Shown: in pieces, positions 17,835 through 26,218 of the stretch
Numbering within the stretch: the stretch's first letter is position 1
Layout: every line of letters starts with the position of its first letter
DNA from: Candidatus Arthromitus sp. SFB-mouse-Japan
GTDB taxonomy: Bacteria > Bacillota > Clostridia > Clostridiales > Clostridiaceae
Assembly: GCF_000270205.1 (NCBI RefSeq)
Contig: NC_015913.1
Span: 930,001-962,000 of the forward strand
Direction: 5' to 3'
Length of the DNA stretch: 32,000 bases
Notes under the pieces: model-generated
The model's input: the letters and a program-made list of their open reading frames with translations, nothing else
Told to the model about the DNA's origin: nothing
The model's database searches: none
Made by a program: the position numbers and the translations under genes

Positions 17835-18404
17835 TTAATTTTTCTTCCACCATTTTTTTGAATTCTTCTTAGCATCTAACTTACTTCTTAAATATGGAAT
17901 ATTTTCATCAAATTTTGATGCTCTTTCTTCAAGCATTTCTAAAGTTTTATAATACATTGTTTCTTGTAACAATTGTTCCCTATCTTTCTCCATAAGAAAT
18001 TGACTATTTTCGATTATAGACATCAATTTTTTAATCTGATTATCTTTCTCCTTAATCTGTTCTGTAAGAAGATTTATTGACTCATCTGGATTTTTTTTAT
18101 CTAATAAAGATTCTTCATTAATATGTAAAGTCTCATCATCAATTTTAGAAGAATCAGTTGTAATTTCTATCTGTTCAATCTCAGGTTCATCTCTATCAAT
18201 AATATCATTTGATGTTTCAATATCTTTGCACATTATATCAGTTAATATTTGTAATCCTGACTCATCTAAATATGTTTTTTTACTCTTGTAAATGATGCTT
18301 TCATTAAGTTCCTTTGTTTTCCTTAATTCTTCATAGATGTGTTTTTCTGACACATTAAATTTTTGTGATAATTCCTTAATGCTATACAATTTTTCCAAAG
18401 CCAT
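17835..18404 (-). CDS. Hypothetical DNA-binding protein: N-terminal HTH, acidic linker, coiled coil, basic Trp-containing C-terminus
   Basis: 189 aa. YSIKELSQKFNVSEKHIYEELRK looks like a MerR/excisionase-type HTH. The C-terminal half is heptad-like (KDNQIKKLMSIIENSQFLMEKDREQLLQE) and ends KKNSKKWWKKN. The architecture is reminiscent of DUF536-type proteins; this rests on memory only. Confidence 0.3.
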   Translation of the reverse strand: MALEKLYSIKELSQKFNVSEKHIYEELRKTKELNESIIYKSKKTYLDESGLQILTDIMCKDIETSNDIIDRDEPEIEQIEITTDSSKIDDETLHINEESLLDKKNPDESINLLTEQIKEKDNQIKKLMSIIENSQFLMEKDREQLLQETMYYKTLEMLEERASKFDENIPYLRSKLDAKKNSKKWWKKN

Positions 18405-18521
18405 TCCCCTTTTGTCCCATTTTTTTCCATAACTATATGTTCAATTATATAATATCCAAAAAATTTTTCAAATAATAATAATAAATATTTACATTATTTT
18501 AACTGTTTTAGATGAATATTT

Positions 18522-19370
18522 TTATTGTGTTTGTATCGAATATGCTTTTACAACGTTACTCAATAAATTAGTTACTGTTAATAATCCAACTCCACCTGGT
18601 ACCGTTGTTATTTTTGAACACTTCTCTATGCAATCAAAAAAATCTACATCCCCACATAATTTATCATCTACAAAATTTATACCAACGTCTAAAATAACTG
18701 CATCATCTTTAATAAAATCACTTTTCAAAAAATTAGGCTGTCCTATACCAATAACCACAATATCTGATCTTAAACATATCTCTTTCAAATTATCAGTATA
18801 AGAATGACACACTGTTACAGTTGCATTATTTTGTAAAAATAAATGCATTAATGGTTTACCTACCAAATCACTTCTATTAATTACTGCTACATTTTTACCA
18901 GAAATCTCTATATTATTATGCTTTAATATTTCTATAACTCCTTGAGCAGTACATGGAACTAAACAATCTTGATTATTATAAAGTTTTCCTTTATTAACAA
19001 TTGAAAATCCATCAACATCTTTCATATACAATATAGAATCATTTATAACTTGTGAATCAATATGTGATGGTAATGGAGATTGAACAATAATACCTGTTAC
19101 ATTATCACTTTCATTCAATCTATGTATAATTTTTAGCAATTCATCTTGACTCACTTTTTCATCTAGCTTTATCAATTCTGATTCAATTCTACATCTCTCA
19201 CATGCCTTTAATTTGTTGTTAATATATGAATTACTTGCAAAATCATCACCAACTTGTATAATAACCAATCTTAATTTTAAGGAATTTTCCAATATAAACT
19301 TTGCTATACCTACTTCTTTAAGATCTCTATATTCCTTGCAATTAAGAATCTTATAAGAATAATCCTTCAT
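18522..19370 (-). CDS. folD: Bifunctional methylenetetrahydrofolate dehydrogenase/cyclohydrolase FolD
   Basis: SxxYxxxK region (DFASNSYINNKLKACE), GIIVQSPLP, PCTAQG, GRS-like INRSDLVGKPL, PGGVGLLT. Preferred start is the ATG at 19368-19370, 6 nt after GAGGTG. Confidence 0.9.
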   Translation of the reverse strand: MKDYSYKILNCKEYRDLKEVGIAKFILENSLKLRLVIIQVGDDFASNSYINNKLKACERCRIESELIKLDEKVSQDELLKIIHRLNESDNVTGIIVQSPLPSHIDSQVINDSILYMKDVDGFSIVNKGKLYNNQDCLVPCTAQGVIEILKHNNIEISGKNVAVINRSDLVGKPLMHLFLQNNATVTVCHSYTDNLKEICLRSDIVVIGIGQPNFLKSDFIKDDAVILDVGINFVDDKLCGDVDFFDCIEKCSKITTVPGGVGLLTVTNLLSNVVKAYSIQTQ

Positions 19371-19419
19371 GAACATCACCTCTTAATAATCATATAAAAA
19401 TATTTTTCTAAACTCAAGT

Positions 19420-20385
19420 TTAAATAAATATAAAATCATACAAATCATTCTTTCCTTGGGTAATCAAACTATCTCTAATATGCTCATAATTACATTTGTC
19501 CACTATAAAAATATAACTTTTTCCCAAATCAGCAAACTTATCGTTAGTATATTCATAAATAATTGAATCTCCAATCTTAATATTGTTATTTTTTAAAATT
19601 TTGTACAATGTATTTGAATATTTACTCTTACCAACTATACATACCTCTCTATTTTTTATATAAGATTGTAAAAATTTAAGTTTAGATTTTAAAATCTCCT
19701 CATTATATTTTTCATTTAAATATTTTTGTTTATGAACAAATTCCGAATCAACCCTATTTAAATAAAATCTCTTTTCTATTATACCCACTTTAAAATTTTT
19801 ACTTATCAAATTAAATATAAAATCTAAATCTTCAGAAGAATTGAGATTAATATTATACTTAACCTCTTCAAATATTTTTGCCCTACACATGAAAGTTCCA
19901 TGACACATCCTGTGACCATTCAAAAACTTTATTGAAGAATTTTTATCATCAATCTTAAAATTAAATATATCTTCACACAATTTGACATCATCTTTATTCT
20001 TATAATCTGTTAACTCAACTTCAACAAAAGATCCAACCAATCCAACGTCACTGTTTTCTTTTAAATATTTAAGTTGCTTTTCAATACGATCTGGAAATGA
20101 ATAATCATCTCCATCCATCCTAGCTATATAATCACCTTTTACATATTTAAGTAACTCATCAATTGAGTTTGCAACTCCTTTATTATCTCTAGAAACCAAT
20201 CTTATATTTTTATTATGCATAGCATAATTTTCAATAATTGAAAGAGAACTATCAGTAGATCCATCATCCAAAATCAGTAATTCAATATTTTTATGAGTTT
20301 GATTTAAAACACTTTCAATTGCACCAGATAAATATTTTTCATTGTTATATACAGGCATTATTATAGAAACCAAAATATTTTTCAA
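19420..20385 (-). CDS. Family 2 glycosyltransferase with extra C-terminal region
   Basis: VSIIMPVYNNEKYLSGAIESVLNQT, LILDDGSTD, DGDD (DxD). About 100 additional C-terminal residues have no recognisable motif. TTG start. Confidence 0.8.
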   Translation of the reverse strand: MKNILVSIIMPVYNNEKYLSGAIESVLNQTHKNIELLILDDGSTDSSLSIIENYAMHNKNIRLVSRDNKGVANSIDELLKYVKGDYIARMDGDDYSFPDRIEKQLKYLKENSDVGLVGSFVEVELTDYKNKDDVKLCEDIFNFKIDDKNSSIKFLNGHRMCHGTFMCRAKIFEEVKYNINLNSSEDLDFIFNLISKNFKVGIIEKRFYLNRVDSEFVHKQKYLNEKYNEEILKSKLKFLQSYIKNREVCIVGKSKYSNTLYKILKNNNIKIGDSIIYEYTNDKFADLGKSYIFIVDKCNYEHIRDSLITQGKNDLYDFIFI

Positions 20386-20489
20386 CTTTTATACCACCCT
20401 TTTATTAAACTAATTATTATAGAACATTATTATTATTTATCAATAAAATATTTATATACTAAATTTAAATATCAAGAAGGAGCAACTAA

Positions 20490-21617
20490 ATGAATTTTTC
20501 AATTGATATAAGGGGATCTCATTTATATCATGGTACTGGAATAGGAACTTACACGAAGAATTTAATAACTCATTTACTTAAAATAGATAAAGAAAATTTC
20601 TATAATCTAATGTATTGCGGAAATAATTCTACTCAATTTAAACAATTAAACTCACAAATACATTTCATATCAAGAAAACATAGCTCGTATTTTGAAAAAA
20701 CTTATATACCAAATTTGCTATACAAAAATAATTTATCGCTCTTTCATATGCCACAAAATGGGATTGGATATAAAGATCTCATCTTGTCAAAAAATTTTAA
20801 ATCTATAGTAACTATTCACGATCTAATTCCTTACGTTCTTCCTCAAACAGTCGGAAAATCATATTTAAAAAACTTTCTAAAACAAATGCCATATATAATA
20901 GATGAAGCATCTGCAATAATAACTGTATCAGAATACTCAAAGCAGGAAATCATAAGATTTTTTTCAGTTGATCCTAATAAAATTTTTGTTACTCCTCTTG
21001 CTACAAACAAAAATTTTAGACCTCTAGATATTTCATATTGCAAAAATTTCTTAAAAAATAAGTTTGGTATTGATTATGATTTTATTTTATATATTGGTGG
21101 ATTTAGTAAGAGAAAGAATATATATAATCTAATCTCGGCTTTTAAAAAAGCTTATAAAAATTTTAATAAACCACTAAAGCTCGTACTACTCGGAAAAATA
21201 AGAGAAGAGTTCAGAAATTTAACAAAGATAATTAGGAAAGAAAATCTTGAAAATGATATTATATTTACAGGATTTGTTGATGAAAATGATTTACCAATAT
21301 TTTATAATGCATCGCAATTTTTTGTGTATATTTCTTTGTATGAAGGATTTGGATTACCACTTCTAGAAGCAATGAGTTGTAGAAAAGCAATACTTAGCTC
21401 TAATGTAACTTCTATACCAGAAGTAGTTTGCAATACTTCATATCAAGTTGATCCACATGATACTTTAAAAATTTCAGAATCCCTATGTAAATTATCAAAC
21501 GATGATAATCTAAAAATTAAACTTGGGGAAAAGGCATATGCACGATCGAAAATTTTTTCATGGGAAAAATGTAGTTATTCAACTCTAAAAATTTATAAAA
21601 GTTTATATAAAATATAA
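20490..21617 (+). CDS. Family 4 (GT-B, Glycos_transf_1) glycosyltransferase
   Basis: 375 aa. C-terminal EGFGLPLLEAMSCRKAILSSNVTSIPEV matches the E-x7-E retaining GT4 signature. RBS AAGGAG. Confidence 0.8.
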   Translation: MNFSIDIRGSHLYHGTGIGTYTKNLITHLLKIDKENFYNLMYCGNNSTQFKQLNSQIHFISRKHSSYFEKTYIPNLLYKNNLSLFHMPQNGIGYKDLILSKNFKSIVTIHDLIPYVLPQTVGKSYLKNFLKQMPYIIDEASAIITVSEYSKQEIIRFFSVDPNKIFVTPLATNKNFRPLDISYCKNFLKNKFGIDYDFILYIGGFSKRKNIYNLISAFKKAYKNFNKPLKLVLLGKIREEFRNLTKIIRKENLENDIIFTGFVDENDLPIFYNASQFFVYISLYEGFGLPLLEAMSCRKAILSSNVTSIPEVVCNTSYQVDPHDTLKISESLCKLSNDDNLKIKLGEKAYARSKIFSWEKCSYSTLKIYKSLYKI

Positions 21618-21633
21618 ATTAATTTATGTATAA

Positions 21634-21668
21634 AAAAGTGAAATGCTCTTAAACATTTTGCTTTTTTA
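21634..21668 (+). terminator. Terminator after the GT4 gene
   Basis: AAAGTGAAATG (21634-21644) / CATTTTGCTTT (21654-21664), 11 bp including 2 G-U pairs, followed by a T-run. Confidence 0.6.
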
Positions 21669-21733
21669 ATTTAAATATTTTTCATTACAGTGGATATAAT
21701 ATTCTTCAAACAAATTTCAAAGGAGCTTAAGTA

Positions 21734-22450
21734 ATGAAATTATTAAACAAAATTTTTATAATGTTATCTATACTATTTATTCTAAGTCCAATTCCATCAA
21801 AAGCTTTAGAAGATTCCCCAAAAAAATATGTGTACTTAACATTTGATGATGGTCCAACAAAAGGAAATACTCCTAGATTACTCGATGAACTTGAACGTTT
21901 AAATCTACCTGCTACATTTTTCGTCGTTGGAAGTTTGGTTAAAGAAAATCCAGAAGCAATGAAAAAAATGGTCGATAATAACCATTCGATAGGACTTCAC
22001 ACAATGTCACATAATAGAAACAAATGTTATGGATCACATGAAAGTTTCATTAAAGAGAACTCAGAATTGAGAGATTTGCTTAGAGAAAGATACAATATTG
22101 AATGCAATATTATAAGATTCCCATTTGGATCACAGAATTCATATCTAAGAATGGATAAAGTATTTGTAGACAAATTACATAATAATAATTTTAAAATATT
22201 TGATTGGCACATAGATACGACTGATGCATTAAATCCTAATAAAGGACCTCAAGAACTCTTAAACATATGTAAAAGACAATACGAAAAATTTTACAAAGAT
22301 AATTCGAACATAATTATCCTAATGCACACAAACTCAAATAATGATAACACAATAAAATCTCTTGAAGGTATCAAAAATTATTTTTTAGAGCTTGGCTATG
22401 AATTTAAATCTTTAGATGATAATTCAAAAGAACTATATCATATAAGATAA
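21734..22450 (+). CDS. Secreted polysaccharide deacetylase (NodB homology domain, CE4)
   Basis: Signal peptide, then YLTFDDGP (motif 1), H(T)MSH (motif 2), RFPFG (motif 3). RBS AAAGGAG. Confidence 0.85.
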   Translation: MKLLNKIFIMLSILFILSPIPSKALEDSPKKYVYLTFDDGPTKGNTPRLLDELERLNLPATFFVVGSLVKENPEAMKKMVDNNHSIGLHTMSHNRNKCYGSHESFIKENSELRDLLRERYNIECNIIRFPFGSQNSYLRMDKVFVDKLHNNNFKIFDWHIDTTDALNPNKGPQELLNICKRQYEKFYKDNSNIIILMHTNSNNDNTIKSLEGIKNYFLELGYEFKSLDDNSKELYHIR

Positions 22451-22457
22451 AAAATCA

Positions 22458-22503
22458 AAACGTAGAATAGTTGATAAAAATATCGACTATACTACGTTTT
22501 TTA
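22458..22503. terminator. Bidirectional terminator between the deacetylase gene and the permease remnant
   Basis: 17-position stem 22460-22476 / 22481-22497 (one mismatch, one wobble) with loop AAAA. T-run 22497-22502. Confidence 0.75.
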
Positions 22504-22507
22504 TTAT

Positions 22508-23240
22508 TTAAATTATTAAATATTGAAACATGTTAAACAGATAACCAACAGTAATAATTCCTATAATACAAATTATAACAAATACTCCTAACAACTTTGG
22601 TTTTATAATTTTTTTCAACATTATAAGTGAAGGTAAACTCAAAGTAGTTACAGCCATCATAAAACTAATAACCGTACCAAGCTGTGCTCCTTTTGCAATC
22701 AAAGCTTCTGCAAGTGGTATCATGCCAAAAATATCTGCATACATAGGAACACCCACTAAAGTTGCAAGAAATACCCCAAATGGATTATTATTCCCAAGAA
22801 TCATCTGAATCCAAGTTTCTGGAATCCAATTGTGTATAATTGCTCCAATAGCAACGCCTATCAAAATATATACAAAAACCTTTTTAAGACTTTCAGCAAC
22901 TTGCCTCTTAGCAAAAATCAAACGATCTTTTAAGGTAAAAACATATGATCCAATATCTAAACTCTTTGAGTTATGAATAAATTCTTCTATATAATTTTCC
23001 ATATGCATTTTATCAATGATTGTACCTCCAACTACAGCTATGATAAGTCCAACTACTACATATAAAATAGCAATTTTAACTCCAAAAATACTTGTTAATA
23101 AAACTAAACTTGCCAAATCAACCATTGGGAGATGAAATAAGAAATGAAAAAGTTACACCAATTGGTAATCTAGAACTAGTAAACCCAATAAATAATGGAT
23201 AGATAAACATGAACAAAATGGAGTTACAATTAATCTATAA
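22508..23240 (-). pseudogene. Predicted permease (PFCSC-motif, DUF318/ArsP-like family) remnant: 5'-truncated with two frameshifts
   Basis: ORF 22508..23125 encodes the C-terminal 205 aa (MVDLASLVLLTSIFG...). Upstream frames read ..VTPFCSCLSI | PLFIGFTSSRLPIGVTFSFLISSP | MVDLAS. The breaks are at 23196-23200 (a missing C) and 23127-23129 (an extra C). No start codon and none of the roughly 90-aa N-terminal region typical of the family remain upstream of VTPFCSC. Confidence 0.7.
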
Positions 23241-23244
23241 ATAA

Positions 23245-23281
23245 ATAAAAAAACAACCACACAAAACCAAAGTATGATTGT
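23245..23281 (-). terminator. Terminator of the 298-aa DUF4214-like gene
   Basis: On the minus RNA, ACAAUCAUA-cuuugguuu-UGUGGUUGU forms 9 bp including 2 G-U pairs, followed by UUUUUUAUUUAU. Confidence 0.6.
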
Positions 23282-23297
23282 TTTTATTTATTAAAAT

Positions 23298-24194
23298 TTA
23301 TGTATTAAACAAACTAACTAAATTTCTATATTCATTCTCTTGTTTCATTCGATAAACCACTTCATCTATTGAACTTTCAGTACTCTTTCCCTCTTTTTGA
23401 AGTTTGTCCATCACAGATACCCAATACTTTTTACCCTCTTCATCTGAATCTCTCAAAAGAACCATTTCATAAATACTCGATACAATATCATTATTTGATC
23501 CTTTTAGAGTTAAAAGTTTAATATTTTGAAAAGATTCTAAGTCTAAAGAAATTTCATTCAAAACATCAATTCTATCTTTCAAATCACATTTAGAAAGATC
23601 TATTTGAGCTATTGACCAAATTAAATTTACACTTTCTCTAATTTTATCTTCATTAAAATCATTATGTTCTTTTCTTACATATTTCTCAATCTTATCATAA
23701 ATTATCTTATCTTCATCACTTAATCGTGATCGCTCAACTAGTAATACACTTAAAGATAATTTAAATAATTCTGCATCCGCTCCAACTAATTTTGGATTTG
23801 CTGTAGTCAAAATACTTACTATTTCGTCTGGTGTTAAATCTAAATACTTCAGACCCTCAATTAAACTTTCTCCATCTTCATGTGAACTTGTAATAAAAGC
23901 CCAATATATATTTATCCTAATTCTTAATTCTTCATCAGAATAATTTTTATTTTTTGAGTTATATATCTCAGATATTTTTTTCAAACTTTCATTATAAATA
24001 TTTCTAGACTCACTATCCATAGAATCTAAATCTATTTTATCTATATCATCTAAAAAATCTTTAAAACTTTTAACTGATATAAAAATTTTTGGTTCTATAT
24101 TCTTATTAGCTTGTACAATAACGCCACTAGTATTAACTAAAGATGATAGAGATAATAAAACAGCAATAATAAAATTCAAAACTTTATTCTTCAT
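23298..24194 (-). CDS. Secreted helical-repeat protein with C-terminal DUF4214-like domain
   Basis: 298 aa. Signal peptide MKNKVLNFIIAVLLSLSSLVNTSGVIVQA. C-terminus IYEMVLLRDSDEEGKKYWVSVMDKLQKEGKSTESSIDEVVYRMKQENEYRN matches the same motif as the 629-aa protein. RBS TAGGAGG. Confidence 0.55.
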   Translation of the reverse strand: MKNKVLNFIIAVLLSLSSLVNTSGVIVQANKNIEPKIFISVKSFKDFLDDIDKIDLDSMDSESRNIYNESLKKISEIYNSKNKNYSDEELRIRINIYWAFITSSHEDGESLIEGLKYLDLTPDEIVSILTTANPKLVGADAELFKLSLSVLLVERSRLSDEDKIIYDKIEKYVRKEHNDFNEDKIRESVNLIWSIAQIDLSKCDLKDRIDVLNEISLDLESFQNIKLLTLKGSNNDIVSSIYEMVLLRDSDEEGKKYWVSVMDKLQKEGKSTESSIDEVVYRMKQENEYRNLVSLFNT

Positions 24195-24275
24195 ATTTCC
24201 TCCTAAACATTATATATAACAGAAAGTATATCATATTAAATCAAAAAATTCTTTAAATAAGATCTTAAAAACTAG

Positions 24276-24304
24276 ATTATACACCTTCAATAGCTTGTTA
24301 CCAA
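24276..24304 (-). promoter_or_regulatory. Sigma-A type promoter of the 298-aa gene
   Basis: Minus strand: TTGGTA (24299-24304), 17 nt spacer, TATAAT (24276-24281). The leader would be about 80 nt. Confidence 0.5.
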
Positions 24305-24310
24305 CGGAAC

Positions 24311-24355
24311 TCACAATAAAACAACCTAGTGAACTTAAGCTCACCAGGTTGTTTT
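24311..24355 (-). terminator. Terminator of the tRNA operon
   Basis: Stem 24318-24334 / 24339-24355 with loop TTAA. Two A-C mismatches on plus become G-U on the minus RNA. Followed by UUUUAUUGUG. Confidence 0.65.
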
Positions 24356-24380
24356 AGAATCGATCTGTTTAAATTAAATG

Positions 24381-24455
<75 letters not shown>

Positions 24456-24514
24456 ATATATTTATATCATATTACAAAATCTAAAAATGGTGACAAGCAC
24501 CATTTAATTTTTTT

Positions 24515-24590
<76 letters not shown>

Positions 24591-24610
24591 ACAGCATAAC
24601 TACAGTAATT

Positions 24611-24687
24611 TGGCGACCCAGAAGGGGCTCGAACCCTCGACCTCCGGCGTGACAGGCCGGCACTCTAACCAGCTGAGCTACTGGGCC
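24611..24687 (-). tRNA. tRNA-Asp (GTC)
   Basis: Reverse complement GGCCCAGTAGCTCAGCTGGTTAGAGTGCCGGCCTGTCACGCCGGAGGTCGAGGGTTCGAGCCCCTTCTGGGTCGCCA. Perfect anticodon stem CCGGC/GCCGG, anticodon GTC, encoded CCA. Confidence 0.92.
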
Positions 24688-24724
24688 AACTACTAAGTAA
24701 GTTTTAACTAACACTTACTGGTTA

Positions 24725-24753
24725 ATTATATAATTAATTTGTTTAGTTGTCAA
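24725..24753 (-). promoter_or_regulatory. Consensus sigma-A promoter of the tRNA Asp-Phe-Cys operon
   Basis: Minus strand: TTGACA (24748-24753), exactly 17 nt spacer, TATAAT (24725-24730). About 35 nt upstream of the tRNA-Asp 5' end, just after the hslO stop. Confidence 0.75.
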
Positions 24754-24757
24754 CTGT

Positions 24758-25621
24758 TTAATACATTTTATTATATAAATTTTCCAAATCACCTTTATTA
24801 AATTTATATTCGCGCTTACAATAATCACAAATTATAGATTCATCCTTACCTTCATCTATTATATTTCTAAGTTCAAGCTTTCCTAAACTTATCAAAGCTC
24901 TCTCAACCCTATCAATCGAACAATCACATTTATAATCTATAGCATATTCATCTAAAATTTTAAGCCCCATATCATCAAACATAAAATTCAAAATATCATA
25001 AATCGTTTCTCCATTTTGAACACGATTTAACGCATTTCCTAAATCATCAAATCTATACGCTATTACATCAGCGAGCATATCCTCAGCTCCAGGTAACATC
25101 TGAACCATCAATCCCAATGAATTTTTAACACGTCCATTCATCTCCAAGTCTATATCAACAGAAATTGCTGTAGGTGTCTGTTCAGATAAAGTATAATAAT
25201 ACGCCAAATCATTACAAACATCAGATCTATACAAAGGAACTTTGCTTATATATGGGTTTTTAAGCCCTAAATCTTTTGTAATCACTAAAGATCCACTTCC
25301 AATTAAATCACTTATTTTTAAACTTTCACAAAAAGCATCAGAATTTGAAATATATCCCTTAAGTGTTCCATCTCCTCGTGTGACCGCTGTCATATTCTTC
25401 AAAGGTCCATTTCCATCAAATTTAATTGTGATGGTATCATTTAATGCTTTATTTGTTGATGAAATCATAGCAGATGATAACATTAATTTTCCAAATGCTA
25501 TCATAGTAAGTTCATTTAAATTATGTATTTTCTTCACTGTATTTAATAAATCTGTAGAAGTAATCGCAATTATTCTTACAGTTCCATTCTTAGCAACAGC
25601 CTTAATAATTTTATCTTCCAT
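24758..25621 (-). CDS. hslO: Redox-regulated chaperone Hsp33
   Basis: 287 aa. Hsp33 fold-type N-terminus and the C-terminal zinc switch CDCS ... CDYC (CxC-x(n)-CxxC). Confidence 0.9.
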   Translation of the reverse strand: MEDKIIKAVAKNGTVRIIAITSTDLLNTVKKIHNLNELTMIAFGKLMLSSAMISSTNKALNDTITIKFDGNGPLKNMTAVTRGDGTLKGYISNSDAFCESLKISDLIGSGSLVITKDLGLKNPYISKVPLYRSDVCNDLAYYYTLSEQTPTAISVDIDLEMNGRVKNSLGLMVQMLPGAEDMLADVIAYRFDDLGNALNRVQNGETIYDILNFMFDDMGLKILDEYAIDYKCDCSIDRVERALISLGKLELRNIIDEGKDESIICDYCKREYKFNKGDLENLYNKMY

Positions 25622-25691
25622 AAAAATACCTCATGATAATATTAATCATTTTCTATTCTACAATGTATCAAAAATATTTCAATAAATACAA

Positions 25692-25721
25692 TAAAAAAAC
25701 ACCTGTATATAAACAGATGTT
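25692..25721 (-). terminator. Terminator of the lipoprotein gene
   Basis: On the minus RNA, AACAUCUGU-uuauau-ACAGGUGUU forms 9 bp with one G-U pair, followed by UUUUUUAU. It overlaps the stop codon. Confidence 0.7.
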
Positions 25722-26134
25722 TAATAAATTAATGCAAATCCATTTGAATCAGCTGCCATTTGTCTTTCAACCATGGCTCTTGTCTCTGGTTCTAACTTTT
25801 TAAGATCTTCTTCTGTAACCTTTTTAAATATAAGCACAGTTCCTTCACCTTTTTCTATTATTTCATGATTTCCATCTGCACTATATTTAAGTTTAGTTCC
25901 TTCCGCTAAAGTAATAATTTCACCATCTTTATAAACACTCTCTTCAGTTGTATTATTATTACCCATATTAACTTGCGGTTTCCTATTTCCTGTTTCTCTC
26001 TCAGGTTTAGTTGTATTTGAATCCCCAACAGCACTATTATTATTATTATTTTGATTACCACAAGCTGTGAATGATGTTGATAACCCTACAAATACTGCTA
26101 ATGACAACAAAATATTTTTAATTAATTTACTCAT
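25721..26134 (-). CDS. Small lipoprotein of unknown function
   Basis: Start moved to the ATG at 26132-26134 (GAGGAGAA 5 nt upstream). MSKLIKNILLSLAVFVGLSTSFTAC-G has a lipobox-like site, then an Asn-rich linker and a small beta-rich domain. Confidence 0.6.
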   Translation of the reverse strand: MSKLIKNILLSLAVFVGLSTSFTACGNQNNNNNSAVGDSNTTKPERETGNRKPQVNMGNNNTTEESVYKDGEIITLAEGTKLKYSADGNHEIIEKGEGTVLIFKKVTEEDLKKLEPETRAMVERQMAADSNGFALIY

Positions 26135-26154
26135 ATGTATTCTCCTCACGTTTT

Positions 26155-26197
26155 TAAAAAAATAGAACCATCCAAACTAAGAGTTAGATGATTCTAT
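26155..26197 (-). terminator. Terminator after htrA
   Basis: ATAGAACCATC (26162-26172) / GATGATTCTAT (26187-26197). The mismatch on plus becomes G-U on the minus RNA. Followed by U7 (A-run 26156-26162 on plus). Confidence 0.7.
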
Positions 26198-26218
26198 GTT
26201 TTGAGTTTTTATATAAAT

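Noticed and set aside
24195-24275. The roughly 80-nt leader of the 298-aa gene as a possible riboswitch
   Set aside because: It is too short and AT-rich, and has no recognisable conserved helices or a terminator/antiterminator alternative.
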